Part shown: piece after piece, positions 40,776 through 57,359 of the stretch | How positions within the stretch are numbered: the first letter of the stretch is position 1 | How the letters are laid out: every line of letters begins with the position of its first letter | Assembly: GCF_009914755.1 (NCBI RefSeq) | Contig: NC_060927.1 | Direction: 5' to 3' (one strand) | Length of the DNA: 64,000 nucleotides | DNA from: the human T2T-CHM13v2.0 reference genome, Homo sapiens | The notes under the pieces: generated by a model | The model's database searches: none | Told to the model about the DNA's origin: nothing | What the model saw: the letters and a program-made list of their open reading frames with translations, nothing else | Position numbers and translations under genes: made by a program

Positions 40776-41495
<720 letters not shown>

Positions 41496-42015
41496 TAGAA
41501 TAAAGTCTATAAAAAAGGAGTTTTCTCGTTGAACAAATGTAACCACCTCTTGAATGAAGAGTATATACTTAATACAATTATAATATCCACCTGATGTCAA
41601 ACATCAGCATGCAGAAAGTCTGAAACGAAACAACCCAGAAGCTCTAAAATTTTAAGCTAACTCACTAAAATACTCATTTGTTACTTAAGTCTGCTTTAAA
41701 AAAGAAAGAAAATTGATTGTTTTGATACTAAAATTCTGAATTGCCTTCTCTCACATATGATGGAACTTTTCCCACTCACACTCCTTCAAAAGTCAAACTG
41801 ACATTGAAGAAATTAGCACTAATCTTGCTATTTTAGTTATGTGACCATTGAGAGTCTGATTAGCTTTCCCATTATTTTAGTCAAATGGTGCATTATATGA
41901 AAATAAAAGTTGAATACTTCCAGTGAAATTCTGTACAGAATAAAAATCCACATCCTGTTTTAAGCAGTAAAAGTCAAAGTTAAATTAAAGGGTATCTTAA
42001 GTGAAACCCACAAAC

Positions 42016-42175
42016 CTTCAGCAATCATGTCTTCCATCTCTGTGTCAGATGAATTATCCGCATGTTTTGTATTATTCTGTAGCTCTGGCTGAACACACAC
42101 TGAATTTATCACCTGATTATCCAAAAGAGGCCGTTTTTTCACAGGCTGTTCTATTAGCAAAGAGGAACGACTCAC
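42016..42175 (-). CDS. PHC3: PHC3 coding exon (end of HD1 and linker)
   Basis: VSRSSLLIEQPVKKRPLLDNQV...DTEMEDMIAE; ttttaaag| and G|GTTTGT; 160 nt. Confidence 0.95.
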
Positions 42176-42677
42176 CTTTAAAAAAGGAGAAATAATAAAA
42201 TGAAACAATCTCCAAAAAGACATTCAGAAATACTTTGGTTTAAAAAACTCTTAAAATGAAACCTATTTGTGATAATTTACTAGTTCAACTGATCAGATCC
42301 ATTTAGTAAGTGCCTTATTCCTTGGGAAAAGATGAGGCAGAGTGGACATGAATGGTTTATTTCTGGTCACCAGCAGTACAGCTGCTTCAAAGTCTCTGTC
42401 AAATGGAACCTATTGTCTGAGTTTAGGCAAGGAGTTTTTGAAAAAAAAGTCTTAATATTCAGCAATTCTTTATCTTCAGAATTAATACTAATCATCCAGT
42501 TATCCTGCACTGCAAATATTTTGGTAGCTCAGTCCAACACTGAAAAACAAAGGCAATAACTGTCAGTATATTTAAGAGTTGGGTTTTTTTTTTAACTTTA
42601 AAAAGTCTACTCAATTAAGCAATTCTCTCTCAAGTTCTTTGTGGAGACTAACTTTTTTCCTTTATAAATTTTAGCGT

Positions 42678-42965
42678 TTTTTCTTTCTTTCTTTTTGAGA
42701 CACAGTTTTGCTCTTGTTGCAATGGTGCAATCTTGGCTCACCACAACCTCCACCTCCTGGATTCAAGTGATTCTCCTGTCTCGGCCTCCCAAGTAGCTGG
42801 GATTACGGGCATGTGCCACCGCGCCTGGCTAATTTTGTATTTTTAGTAGAGACGGGGTTTCTCCATGTTGGTCAGGCTGATCTCGAACTCCCAACCTCAG
42901 GTGATCCACCCACCTCAGCCTCCCGAAGTGCTGGGATTACAGGCGTGAGCCACTGCGCCCGGCCA
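42678..42965 (-). mobile_element. Alu SINE
   Basis: reverse dimer with small deletion. Confidence 0.9.
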
Positions 42966-43639
42966 ATTTTAGTGTTTTCCATACGAATGCAAGACAAACA
43001 AAAGATCATCAGTAAATGCTGACATGCCAGTATCCTCAACTAATTAAGATTTTTCATGCACAAAGCTTTTTATTTGTAGGGTTAATGATCAAGACAAAAT
43101 TATTGGATGTATTTTCTGGATAAGAAAACTAAAATTCAAAATGTTTAGGTGATTTGTTTACAAAAACAGAATGAGGACTAGAACTCAAGTCTCCTGAATC
43201 CTAGTTTAGCAAACTAATCCACTATAATCACAAAAGAAATGGAAAATCCTCAAATATTAACAAATTAACATCAAAATATTCACTTATATTCAGTATACTT
43301 GGTTAACTCAGGAATACTACCTATTTTAGAAGTATTTTCAACAAAAACAACTCAGATCAAATATATTCATTGATTCACTGGTGAGCCCTCAGCTAATTTA
43401 AAAAACAGAATGACTAGAACATCTTATTCCTCAAGAATGCTGGTTAAGTCTCCAATATCTGCCACATATGGGGAACAACAGCTTATTGGACAGAAACTTC
43501 TACATTTAACTTTAGAGTATAATTACTCACAAACTTTTTAAACATTTTGTTCATTTGAGTTAGATATTTAATATGCCTCAAGTGAAATTAAAATTTACAG
43601 AAGTTATTGCTTAAAGAAAAACTCACATTCAATGCTAAG

Positions 43640-44270
43640 GGCATACACTTCTCACAGATGAATAAATTTAAATCATTTTCCAAAAAATAATTCAGCAATA
43701 CGTATCAAGAGTCTTATGAATATCTATGTAATATGACATAATAACTCTATTTCTAGGAATTCATACTAAGAAACTTATTTAAAATGTGTATGATTTATAT
43801 ATATAGATATTCCTTTCAGAACTATTTGAACAGTGAAAAAATGGAAACCTAATGTCCAACAATAATGGAAAGATTACATAAATTATGGATGTTCATAAAG
43901 TGAAATATTATGTAACCTTTCAAAATGTTTCCAATACTATTAATAATGAGAAAATACTCAAATTTCCTCAGTGAAAGAACTGTATGTACCATAATCTTGA
44001 TTATATGTATGTATCTATAACATATATACATTATATACACAAACACATATACATTAAAACCACAGTATGTATATGTACATATATACAATACATATGTACA
44101 TATATACCACAGTACATATGTATACACATATACATACTGTGGTATTAATGTGTACTGTGGTATATATAGACATAAACATATTGTGGTATTAATGGGGATC
44201 ATTTGCCCTGTACATTTCCCAAATCTTCCATTTAGAACATGTATTAGTTTTATAATGTGAAAATAAAAGT
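43640..44270 (+). mobile_element. old L1 (L1M) 3' fragment containing TA/CA-rich expansion
   Basis: AACTCTATTTCTAGGAATTCATACTAAG...AAAAATGGAAACCTAATGTCCAACAATA...ATAAATTATGG. Confidence 0.6.
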
Positions 44271-44528
44271 TATGGCTCTCACTAGTGATAACAGATAATA
44301 ATGGCTATGGCCATGAAGTGCCAGGTACCATACAGAATAATTTATGCACATTTAGTTCTCTCGACAACTCTAAGAGCAAAGCACCGTCTCCACCTGACAA
44401 ATAAGCAAAATAAAGATCAGAAAGTTTGAATGACTTGACAAAGGTTACCCAGTCAGTATGGAGCAGACAGGGAAAAAAGACTGTTCCTCCATCCACTGTA
44501 TGAGAATTGTTATAGGAAATCCAAGTTT

Positions 44529-44530
<2 letters not shown>

Positions 44531-44565
<35 letters not shown>
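44531..44565 (+). repeat. (CA)n microsatellite
   Basis: ~17 CA units. Confidence 0.97.
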
Positions 44566-44567
<2 letters not shown>

Positions 44568-44943
44568 AATTGAACACAAAAACAACTGATTGGGTAGCTA
44601 TCTATCATAATGCAAGATTTTCACCCATGAATCTGAAAATCCAGATGACTCAAAAGGCCTTCAAAAAATTTTTCATATTTTTATATATGCTTGTCTTTGA
44701 TATATTTTCTAAGGAAAAATGTTTATCTCTAGATATTAGCATACAAATTATGTACAGCTTAGCTTCAAGTTGTAAGACCTGTAGTGATAGAGCACCTTCA
44801 TTTTGAGCGGGACATTTTAAAGCATTTGAAAAATATGATTGAAGGCTGAAATTTAGGAATGAGAAAATATATTTGCTAATTACAAACCATCAATTGGGTA
44901 GCTTCAGATGTAACTTCAGATGATTTAAAATAATACACTTTAT

Positions 44944-45277
<334 letters not shown>

Positions 45278-45307
45278 TCATTTCAGTTCCCTTAAAAAGA
45301 AAAAATG

Positions 45308-45592
45308 AGCCGAGCGCCATGCCATGGCTCACACCTGTAATCCCAGCACTTTGGGACCCCAGGAGTTAAAAACCAGCCTGGGAAACACGGCAAGACCTTG
45401 TCTCTACAAAAAAATACAAAAATTAGTGGGGCACGGTGGCGCACACCTGTAGTCTCAGCTACTCAGGTGGCTGAGGTAGAAGAATCAACTGAGCCCCAGG
45501 GGTCAAGGTAACAGTGAGCCATGATCGCACCACTGCACTCTAGCCTGGTCAACAGAGCAAGATCCTGTCTAAAAAAAAAAGAAAGAAAAAAT
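45308..45592 (+). mobile_element. Alu SINE (AluJ-like, internal deletion)
   Basis: Alu dimer lacking part of the left arm. Confidence 0.88.
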
Positions 45593-45885
45593 ATAAAAGT
45601 TGATTTCACTGAATAAACTTCCAACTACCTTTCTCTAAAAATTATAAAAATATGTCCTGAAATTTTTTTCATTTTTTCCCTTAGTTTATGCATCTAAACT
45701 TAGCTGGCATAAAATTCTACATAAACATTTGGAAATAAAGGAAGTAGAAAGATAAATGCTAGATTAAAATGGACAACTTTCTTGAAATAAAATTACAAGC
45801 TTTTTATTAGAGAACAGTAATATGTAACTTTTAAAATAATGTTATATAAATTACAAACACACACACAAATATGCTTGCTACTTAC

Positions 45886-46136
45886 AGGAAATGGCTCCAA
45901 TCCCTCCTGAATCACAAAGCCTTCAATAACATGGGTTAGGATCTGTGGTTTAACAATAGCCTGTGGAGGTTTGTTCTCTATACTGGGAATGCTACTGTGC
46001 ATAGATGTACTGTTACTCCTTGTGGTGGCAGCTGGAAGTAACAATGGAGGTGGTGGAACAGAAACATGTGAGGGATCTGATGGAGATTTAATTACTGAAG
46101 CACTGACTGATGCCACAGCAGGTAATTCCACTTGCT
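45886..46136 (-). CDS. PHC3: PHC3 coding exon containing the HD1 motif
   Basis: (E)QVELPAVAS...KPPQAIVKPQILTHVIEGFVIQEGLEPFP; tttcag| and CCT|GTAAGT; 251 nt. Confidence 0.96.
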
Positions 46137-46359
46137 CTGAAAAAAAAACCAAAAAGTCATTTAAAAATTTTTTTAGCATTTTGCCCAAGCAAATGAAAGA
46201 GAATTAAGGAATAAATAATAACAACAGTTAATATCTGGTACTTTCAAAAACTGTTCTAAGAACCTTAAGACCTCATTTAATCTGTACAATAATCTTCTAA
46301 GGTAGAAGCGACTATTATTTCCACTTTATAGAGGAGGGTAGCTTGCTCAAAGTTATTCA

Positions 46360-46682
<323 letters not shown>

Positions 46683-46904
46683 GCAAAATTGTTCCCATGA
46701 GACATGAAAATGTTTTAAGATATAAACTTACAAATAATTTATACTAAAATGGTTGCTTGGTTTTGTTTTGATGTTTCTTAATTTTAAGCTATTAAATCCC
46801 CTATGTTCCTATTTATATATTCCAAATGGTATAGGTGGGGCAGTGGAGTACTTTGAAAGTATGCTTAAATGAAATGGGGTCATGAAATCCACAGAACAAG
46901 TAGA

Positions 46905-47583
<679 letters not shown>

Positions 47584-48965
47584 TCACAGCAGTTATATCC
47601 ATAAATTAACCTAGTTTCACCAAATAATCCACCAAAATAAACCGTACTGGAAAACCTGTTTAAAGTCACACAAAGTCACACAATCTATAAAAAGCTAAAA
47701 AAAAAAAAAAAAAAAAGAAAAAGAAAAGAAAAGAAAATCAGCAGAAAATGTTAATGTGCTGATTTCTAGGAACAAATACACAATTGTACAAACATATTAT
47801 CAAACTAAGGAACTTCACAAAAATCCTATCTCACATACCAAATCTTCATACATACTTCTAGGGGACAAAGGATGAAAGATTTAAAAATTCTGAAGTAGGA
47901 CTGAAAGGCACTTTTCTATAGAATGGAAAAAATAAATCTATGGAGAACTGAAACCTAAATTAAAATTTTAATGTCCCTTACAGATTTAGAGATAAGAGAT
48001 ACTTTACTTTTAAAATATAAAGCTGCACTAAGTATAATTTGGTTTGTTCAAGAAATAATGCTTGCTGTATATTCTAATTAATATCTAGATCATGTGCATA
48101 AATGTGCCAAACTTATAGTCCTAAATTTTGTTCAAAATAGAGCTATAAATTACTAACTTTTTGAAGATGGTAATAGCTATTTACATAAGTTGTAAAAATC
48201 GAAAACATGAGAAACACTCATGTATTACAATAGAAGAGAAAGACAATTATTACGCCCTCTAGATTTAAGAGAAGTATGAGAGAAAACCCAAGTTCTAACT
48301 GATAAAATTTTGCCACAAATCTGTCTATTCTCAGTATCATTTACTGAGCAAGAGATGTGAGATTTTTCTACCTTTTTGTATAGATGCTTTTTACTTTCAA
48401 AAAATTTTAAAGATTTATAACAACTGAATCTCAGATGGAAACAAGTCTATTTCTGCAAGTTAGTTTATTTCAAGATTTGATGAGTTACTGTAAAAAAAAA
48501 AAAAAATCAACCTGTGCTTTAGTTCCCCCTCAAATATTACAGAAGAGTAATAAGTATGAGGTAAATTAGAGGAAGATGCAAGTCTACATTGTACTTTGAC
48601 AATTTAGCCAGAGAGATGTGCTTGTCAGGATCTCAGACTACATTCCTGAGGAAAACATGGGAAGACGTTCTTGTGTTCCAATATTTCAGAAATGTTTAAA
48701 CTTCCTTCAAGTACTATTAGTAATGCTTATTTTGTAATTAAATCACAACTAAAATGTAAGTTTACTATTCAATAAAACTGACTTTTTTTTTGGTAACTCT
48801 AATCTCATGACAGATTAGCAATAAAACTTACATTTCTGCCTTTAAATCAAAACTCCAGTTAATCCGCAGCAACGTAAATCCATTTCAGTGTAAACCACAA
48901 AGATTTAATACTATAAACTTTCTTAAGTCTTATGAGGTATTACTTTGAATAAAAAGACAATAATA

Positions 48966-49245
48966 GGCCAGGCGCAGTGGCTCATGTCTGTAATCCCAGC
49001 ATTTTGGGAGGCCGAAGTGGGTGGATCACCTGAGGTCAAGAGTTCGAGACCCACCTAGCCAACATAGTGAAACCCCGTGTCCACTAAAATACAAAAATTA
49101 GCCAGGCGCCTGTAATCCCAGCTACTCAGGATACTGAAGCAGGAGAATCACTTGAACCCAGGAGGCGAAAGTTGCAGTGAGCCGAGATCATGCCACTGCA
49201 CTCCAGCCTGGGCGACAGAGCCAGACTCCATCTCAAAAAAAAAAA
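48966..49245 (+). mobile_element. Alu SINE
   Basis: dimer with ACAATAATA TSD. Confidence 0.92.
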
Positions 49246-49604
49246 CAATAATATAAAACTCACCTTAAATATTTTATATAAGTTTATTGACTGTTTTCTA
49301 CTTTTCAGGAGGAGGAAAAGATAAAAGAAAATTAAATTTCCCCTTTTATGCTCTCTAGAGATTTACAATAGTAGTGAGGGAATAGAAGCTCGAGAGAAAA
49401 GAAGGGAAGGGGATATGGCACGCTAAAGAAAGCAGAGAGCAAGGGTTGCCTGGACGGCAGACAGGGTTAGTGGTCCCATAAGAGTTTGTTTCCATGCCTG
49501 TTGTAGCAGTCCTTCTTAACTGAAAATGATCATGAGGGCAATAAGATATTCAACAGAACAGAATACGTACAACAAAGCCGGAACCAAGATTAGTATTATT
49601 CAGA

Positions 49605-50035
49605 TCAGGGGTCAGCAAACTTTCCATAAATGGCTGTAGAGTTTCTATGGCTATTCAACTCTGTGGTTAGTAAAAAGCAGCCACAATATCTGAACAAATG
49701 AGTGTGTGGCTATGTTTCACAGAACTTTATTTATGGACAACGAAATTTGAATTTTATATATATTTTCATGACATGAACTATTACTCTTCTTTTGTTTTCA
49801 ATCATTCAGAAATGTAAAAGCCATCATTAGCTTGGACCACAGAAAAACAAGCAGCAAGCCATGCATGGTGGAGAGCACCTATAGTACCAGCTATTCAGGA
49901 GGCTGAGGCAGGATTACATGAGCCCAGGAGTTAGAGGCCAGCCTGGGCAACATAGTGAGACCCTATCTCTTAAAAAAAAGAAAGAAAACAGGCAGCAGAA
50001 AAGATCTGAACAGTGAGCAGTGTGCCAACCTCTAA
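49605..50035 (+). mobile_element. MER58-like hAT fossil interrupted by an Alu monomer (49857-49988)
   Basis: CAGGGGTCAGCAAACTTT...AAAAGCAGCCAC...AAATTTGAATTT...TGCCAACCTCT. Confidence 0.7.
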
Positions 50036-50198
50036 TCCTAACATTCATAAATTTAAAAAAATAACACGAAACATTTGTGTTTAGTAAAATACCTAGAATA
50101 CACAGTAGCTTTCTGAGGAGGCACATACGGGATATTTGTTTGAACTCATAAACAGCACTGAAATAGTGAATAAGAATTTGAATGGTTAAGCACAAGAA

Positions 50199-50325
50199 CT
50201 TTTTTTTAAGAGACAGAGTGTTGCTCTGTTGTACAGGCTGAACTCAAACTCCAGGGCTCAAGTCATCCTCCTACCTCAGCCTCTGACGAAGCTGGGACTC
50301 CGGGCATGCACCAAGAAGTCCAGGT
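50199..50325 (-). mobile_element. Alu monomer fragment
   Basis: GAGACAGAGTGTTGCTCTG...CTCAAGTCATCCTCCTACCTCAGCC. Confidence 0.75.
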
Positions 50326-50632
50326 AAGAATTTTTTTAATCCATGTCTAAAAGCACTTACTCAGTCTGAATCACAAACAATTGTGAGGAATATCATATAT
50401 GGCTTAGAATGCTTCATGATTTTTGGAAAGCATTATTTAAATCTTTTGAAAGAATTTTCATTTATTCTAATTTTTAAACTAGAAATAGTCTGACACATGA
50501 ATGTGAATGAGCATATGAAACATGTCTGCACAAATCACTAAAAATTAGAAGCCTGAAATGATAGGTTTTCATCTGGATGGTACTGAACAATTTATAAGCT
50601 ATTGAGCTTCCCTGCTATTAAAGAATTTTCCA

Positions 50633-50902
50633 GGCTGGGCATGGTAGCTCACACCTGTAATCCCAGCACTTTGGGAAGCCGAGGCAAGCGGATCACTTGT
50701 ACCCAGGAGTTTGGGATGAGCCTGGGCAACGGGATGAGACCCTATCTCTAAAAAATAAAAAATTAGCCAAGTGTGCTGGAAGGTTCCTGTAGACCCAGCT
50801 ATTTGGAAGCTGGGGCAAAAGAATCTCTTGAGCCCAGGAGATAGGGGCTACAATGAGCTATGATTGAGCCTGGATGACAGAGACTGACCCTGTCTCAAAA
50901 AA
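50633..50902 (+). mobile_element. Alu SINE (AluJ-like)
   Basis: diverged dimer. Confidence 0.88.
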
Positions 50903-50983
50903 CAACCTTAAACTCAAATCTGTATTTTGTTACAATTAACTACCATAACAAATTCGTTTAATATTATCTCTAGTGAATAAACA

Positions 50984-51156
50984 GGCTGGGTGCAATGGCT
51001 CACACCTGTAATCCTGACACTTTGCAAGGCCAAGGCAGTAAAATCACTAAAGGCCAGTAGTTCAAGACCAGCCTAAGCAACATAGTAAAACCTCGTCACC
51101 ATAAAAAATAAAAAATCAGCCAGCTGTAATGGTGTGCACCTGTAGTTCCAGCTACA
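50984..51156 (+). mobile_element. 3'-truncated Alu
   Basis: left arm plus start of right arm. Confidence 0.85.
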
Positions 51157-51252
51157 AAAAGGGTGAAAGGAGGAAAGGGAAAAAAATCAACTTTTCCTAT
51201 TATTAACATTTATCAAATAGAAAAATTCCCACAAATTTTGGTATTTTCTCAC

Positions 51253-51406
51253 CTAACAAAGGATGTTCAGAAGTCAAATCTTCTCCTCTCCCCACTGTTA
51301 TAGCTGCTGGAGACAAAGTGGGTGGTGGTGGGGTTCTATCCATCCGGACACATTCATCTGACTCTTCTGGCATTTCTTCTTCACACACATCTTCTACCTG
51401 ATAAAC
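51253..51406 (-). CDS. PHC3: PHC3 coding exon
   Basis: VYQVEDVCEEEMPEESDECVRMDRTPPPPTLSPAAITVGRGEDLTSEHPLL; ttgcag| and G|GTGAGA; 154 nt. Confidence 0.95.
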
Positions 51407-52015
51407 CTGCAATGACAAACCATACTGCCTTAAAATGTTTCCAAAACTATATTTTATCAGGTGTTCTTAATTTCAGAAAATTAAATTCTATGTGTATTAA
51501 ATTTAAAAACAAGGCAAAAATGACTACTCTAACAGACTGAAAGGAAAACTTAAAAATTGCTCGAATGAAGTTTTTCATATTTCTTCATAATATTTGACTG
51601 AAAGCAAGCTGTGGATCAGTATCTAGACCAAAAATCACCAAGGTTTCCAAAAAGATGGTAGTCAAGTCTGAAAATATTTTTTATTTCGATAATTAAAAAA
51701 TACAAATAAAATAACGATTTTGGGAATTCAACTGTTTTTGTTAACTTCTAACTGTCATGAATCAAAACAGATACTAACATTTTTCATAAGCACACTAAGC
51801 GAATTCCTACAATGACACACTATATTAGGACATGTAGGATTCTATCCCAGGCTCTTCCTTATTATTATGTAATTTAAAGATTAAATTATAAAAAGTAACA
51901 TCTGAGAATCTACAAAAAAAGATACGCAATTATATCTCTCCTTTTCTGTTCTACTCAACAATCTAATGACTCTTTATATATAATATGCAAACAGAAAATA
52001 TCTTTCCTTGAAATG

Positions 52016-52017
<2 letters not shown>

Positions 52018-52049
<32 letters not shown>
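52018..52049 (+). repeat. (CA)n microsatellite
   Basis: ~15 CA units. Confidence 0.97.
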
Positions 52050-52050
<1 letters not shown>

Positions 52051-52181
52051 CCTAAGCTCTTTGACACCTTATTTTTTTACTCTTTTTATAATGTTCCATA
52101 CTTATGGGAGAAAGTTTTTAAGTCTATAACTTAACCACCTTGTTATCCAATTGTAAAGATTATACTTAAGAAGGAAAATGG

Positions 52182-52513
<332 letters not shown>

Positions 52514-52521
52514 CTATGTAA

Positions 52522-52821
<300 letters not shown>

Positions 52822-53045
52822 AATACCTTATTATTAATGTTTCCATTTCAAAGAACACTTCTAGAGGTTGACATGGGTATTTTAATTTAATTTGTTATCA
52901 TTTATTATTTACTTAACCATTATTTATGAAAAATGATTACTAAAAATAAAGCCATAAGAGTTCATTTCCCTTCTTTTATCTATAAAGCTTATTACTTAAG
53001 TTTACAAAAATTATGAGTTTTTAAAATCTTATTTAACCATACTGA

Positions 53046-53396
<351 letters not shown>

Positions 53397-55113
53397 TAAT
53401 ATTGTGTACATTTTTAATCAAACTATTTTAAAAGTCTGATGTTTTAAAGTATATAAAATTATACATAAAAGTGATCAGGATTTCTGAAACCAGCAAAACC
53501 CATGTGTTGTAAAAGGGACAATCAAGTTTCACCTATAAGGATATAACAGTAAGTTATAAAGGTAACAATAGGTGACAATCAAAAATAAAATAAAATAAAA
53601 TAAAAATCTTTCCAAGGCTCCACTAAGAATAAAACATCTTCTTTTGTCTTTTGTACAACTTTAAAATTCTACTGTTACTGGATAATTTTATATCAAACAT
53701 AATATTATACCAAATATAAAATTCAGAACTGTGATCTGAATCAGCTACAAAGTAGGCAACATTTTTTAAAGTTATTTGCTCACAACCCTGCACCTGGAAA
53801 CCAGTTACACTAAGAGAGATTCTGTGCCTCATGCCTGAATCTCAGACGTGAAAGCAGTCATTTGTTATTGTTCGGAGCAACAATTATACTAGATCGGTTC
53901 ATGATAATAACAGTTTTTTAAATGATGATAATGCCCAATATAGGTAAAATCATTCTAAAAAGTGTCTGGGGGGTTAAGAAAAAAAATCTAGTCCCCAAGG
54001 GCAAGTGCTGTCACAGTGAATACTTTAATTTGCCTTAGTGTCAGAGATGTTAATTCAGAGATAATTAAACAAGTATGGTTTTATCGACCAGTTCAATTTT
54101 ATCTATGTAGCATTCCTTCAGTATAATAGATAGTACTTTTCTTCCAAAGAACATGATCTTTGCTTAAAATGCTGAAACTCTCTTTAATCCTAATGCAGTT
54201 ACATGTTATTCAAACATCTGCTAGAGTATCTTTTAAGAAATCAAAGCTTGATCATACATAGAATTCTGATTTTTAAAAACAAGAGTTTAAAGAATGAAAA
54301 GAGCCATAACACAAATAGCATATTTTGAAATAATCCATCAAATACTGTAAAATACTTTCCACTCATTATACTTAAAGCTAACTATATGTACTTCCAGAAC
54401 TCTCATATAAAGGCGAAATAAGTGCATGAATAAAAGAAGTAGGCAAAAACAAATCTGTCACAGACATCTGGCACAATCAGCATTAACAAATCTAAATGTT
54501 CAACAATTAAAATGTTGAAAAAAGCAAAGTGGAGGTTTTGCTCACTCACAAGATCATTAGGAAACTGCACATCACAATTACTGTTTAGCTCATAACTATA
54601 ACTATTCTAAAAATAACAAAGACTGCCAAACTTACCTCAATAAAGTCCAATATTCCCATCTGTTTCCCTTTCCTAAATAAACTGAGGAATATTTGTTTAT
54701 TAGTTCTAAATTATCTACCCTCAACATACTTATATCCAAATGTCAACAAAAAACTTTAATTCTTAAGTATCTTAAAAAACATACTGATTTTACTTTGAAA
54801 ATTCACCCTTATCTTTCAAATTTCCACATCTCTTAAAAAATACATCTTTCTACCTTTAAGTGTTTGAAACAACCAGAAAAATATAACCTGTGAAGAAATG
54901 TGTTTGAATGGAAAAAATAACACATTTGGTCAAAGGTAATAAAAAAACAAGCTTAATAAATTATTAAAGAGCTATGTTACTCAAAGAAAGGTAAAAGATT
55001 AAAAAATATTTAGAAAGGTAACATGGAAACATCCATAGCAAGCATTATAACCATATCAGTGATAGCAGAGAAAGTTATTAATATCATTTTTTAAACTTCC
55101 AAAAATGTTTTAA

Positions 55114-55554
<441 letters not shown>

Positions 55555-55850
55555 TAACATAAACAATTAAAAATATATAAGGACTATAAAGAAGTTTTTT
55601 TTTTTTTGTTTTTATTTTTAAATTGTATTTTTTTTCTTTTCTATTATGCCCTGCCTGGAAACTGCCTTATTTTTTACTGGTTAAAAACCAAATCACTGAA
55701 CTAGGTAGTGAGAAAGTAATTTAAATTAAAAATTTTTTGAAGGTGCTGTACGCTTCCTAAACCCCTGTTTTTGTTACAATATCCATAGTAAACTCCAAAA
55801 ATCTATTGAAAGAAAATACAGACATGATAACTGAATGATAAACTTTTTAA

Positions 55851-56140
<290 letters not shown>

Positions 56141-57359
56141 AAGTTCTGCTTTTAATAAAAATTTACAGAAGGTATAATTCAATCTCTTTGTGCCTATTAA
56201 GATCAGTAAGAATGACAAGAATACAAAAATCTATACATTTGTATCATGAGAACCAAAATACTTTTCATTAAAGAACATTGAGGATAATCCAAGTATGAAA
56301 AGAAAAAACAAGTATTAATAATAAAAAATACTTCGAAACTCCTTTCTGAGCTAATATTTATTAGCTTTTAGGTGATAAAATCTCTTGGATGAGGTGTAAT
56401 ACAAAACCTCCCTTTAGGAAGATTCTTCTCCTCAGTTACAAATTATGAATTTGATCCTTCTGACTAAACAATTAGAGACCTTATTTCAGTTGTATAAATC
56501 TTAAAATGTCTTTTAGAGAATGTTTAAAGAAAAGTATTTTTCAAGATAATTTTTCTTTCTAGGCAACAATTGTTTTTAGAGGTTTATTCTTAAAAATCCC
56601 ACTACAATCTCAATTATTCGAAACTTTTACTCCTCTAAATGGATTTTTTCATCCTCAGTATTAAATTCATCTACCAAGATTTTTTGACATTTTTAAGTGA
56701 GAAATATTTTAAGTACATATTTTTCCTTAGTAGAAATAACAAACCATTAAGTTTAATAATTCTATAAGATGGCCTACAGTTAAATTTTTGGCAAAGCTGG
56801 ACTCTCTCCTAGAATAATTTTTTTTTTACAAAATTTCAACTACAAAGTATAATTTTACCAAAAAACTACATCATATAAGCATATCTCCAACTTGAAACAA
56901 AATCCCCTAAAAGCCCAAGACTCTAGGATGCATAAAACTAAAAGGGTTAGGCTAGATAAACCATACGTTTTGAGAACATACAAGCCAACAGAAGGGATCT
57001 ATGAAGGATAATCACCTTAAGAGAAAAAACTTTGTGCAGATGACACTGGTTCAAATGCATTCCCTTGGGGAAAAAAAATCAACTCTGTAAAGATAGCAGA
57101 TGGATTTGTTTAAATAGTAATAAAATTAACGAGGGACTTTAATTACCATCACAAATTATAAAGCATGCAACCACACTAAACAAACAATGGCATTTTTTTT
57201 TTTTTGCCCATACAGCATGTTTGTCAGAATACTGACACATGGAAATTTCAAGCTTTTTTAGTTCACAGGCATTTAGATCTTGCAATAAAACATAGTGTGG
57301 GAAAAAATAGTTTTTACTTTCAGTTCAGCAAGAAAGTCAAAGAGCTTCCAAGGGCTTAC

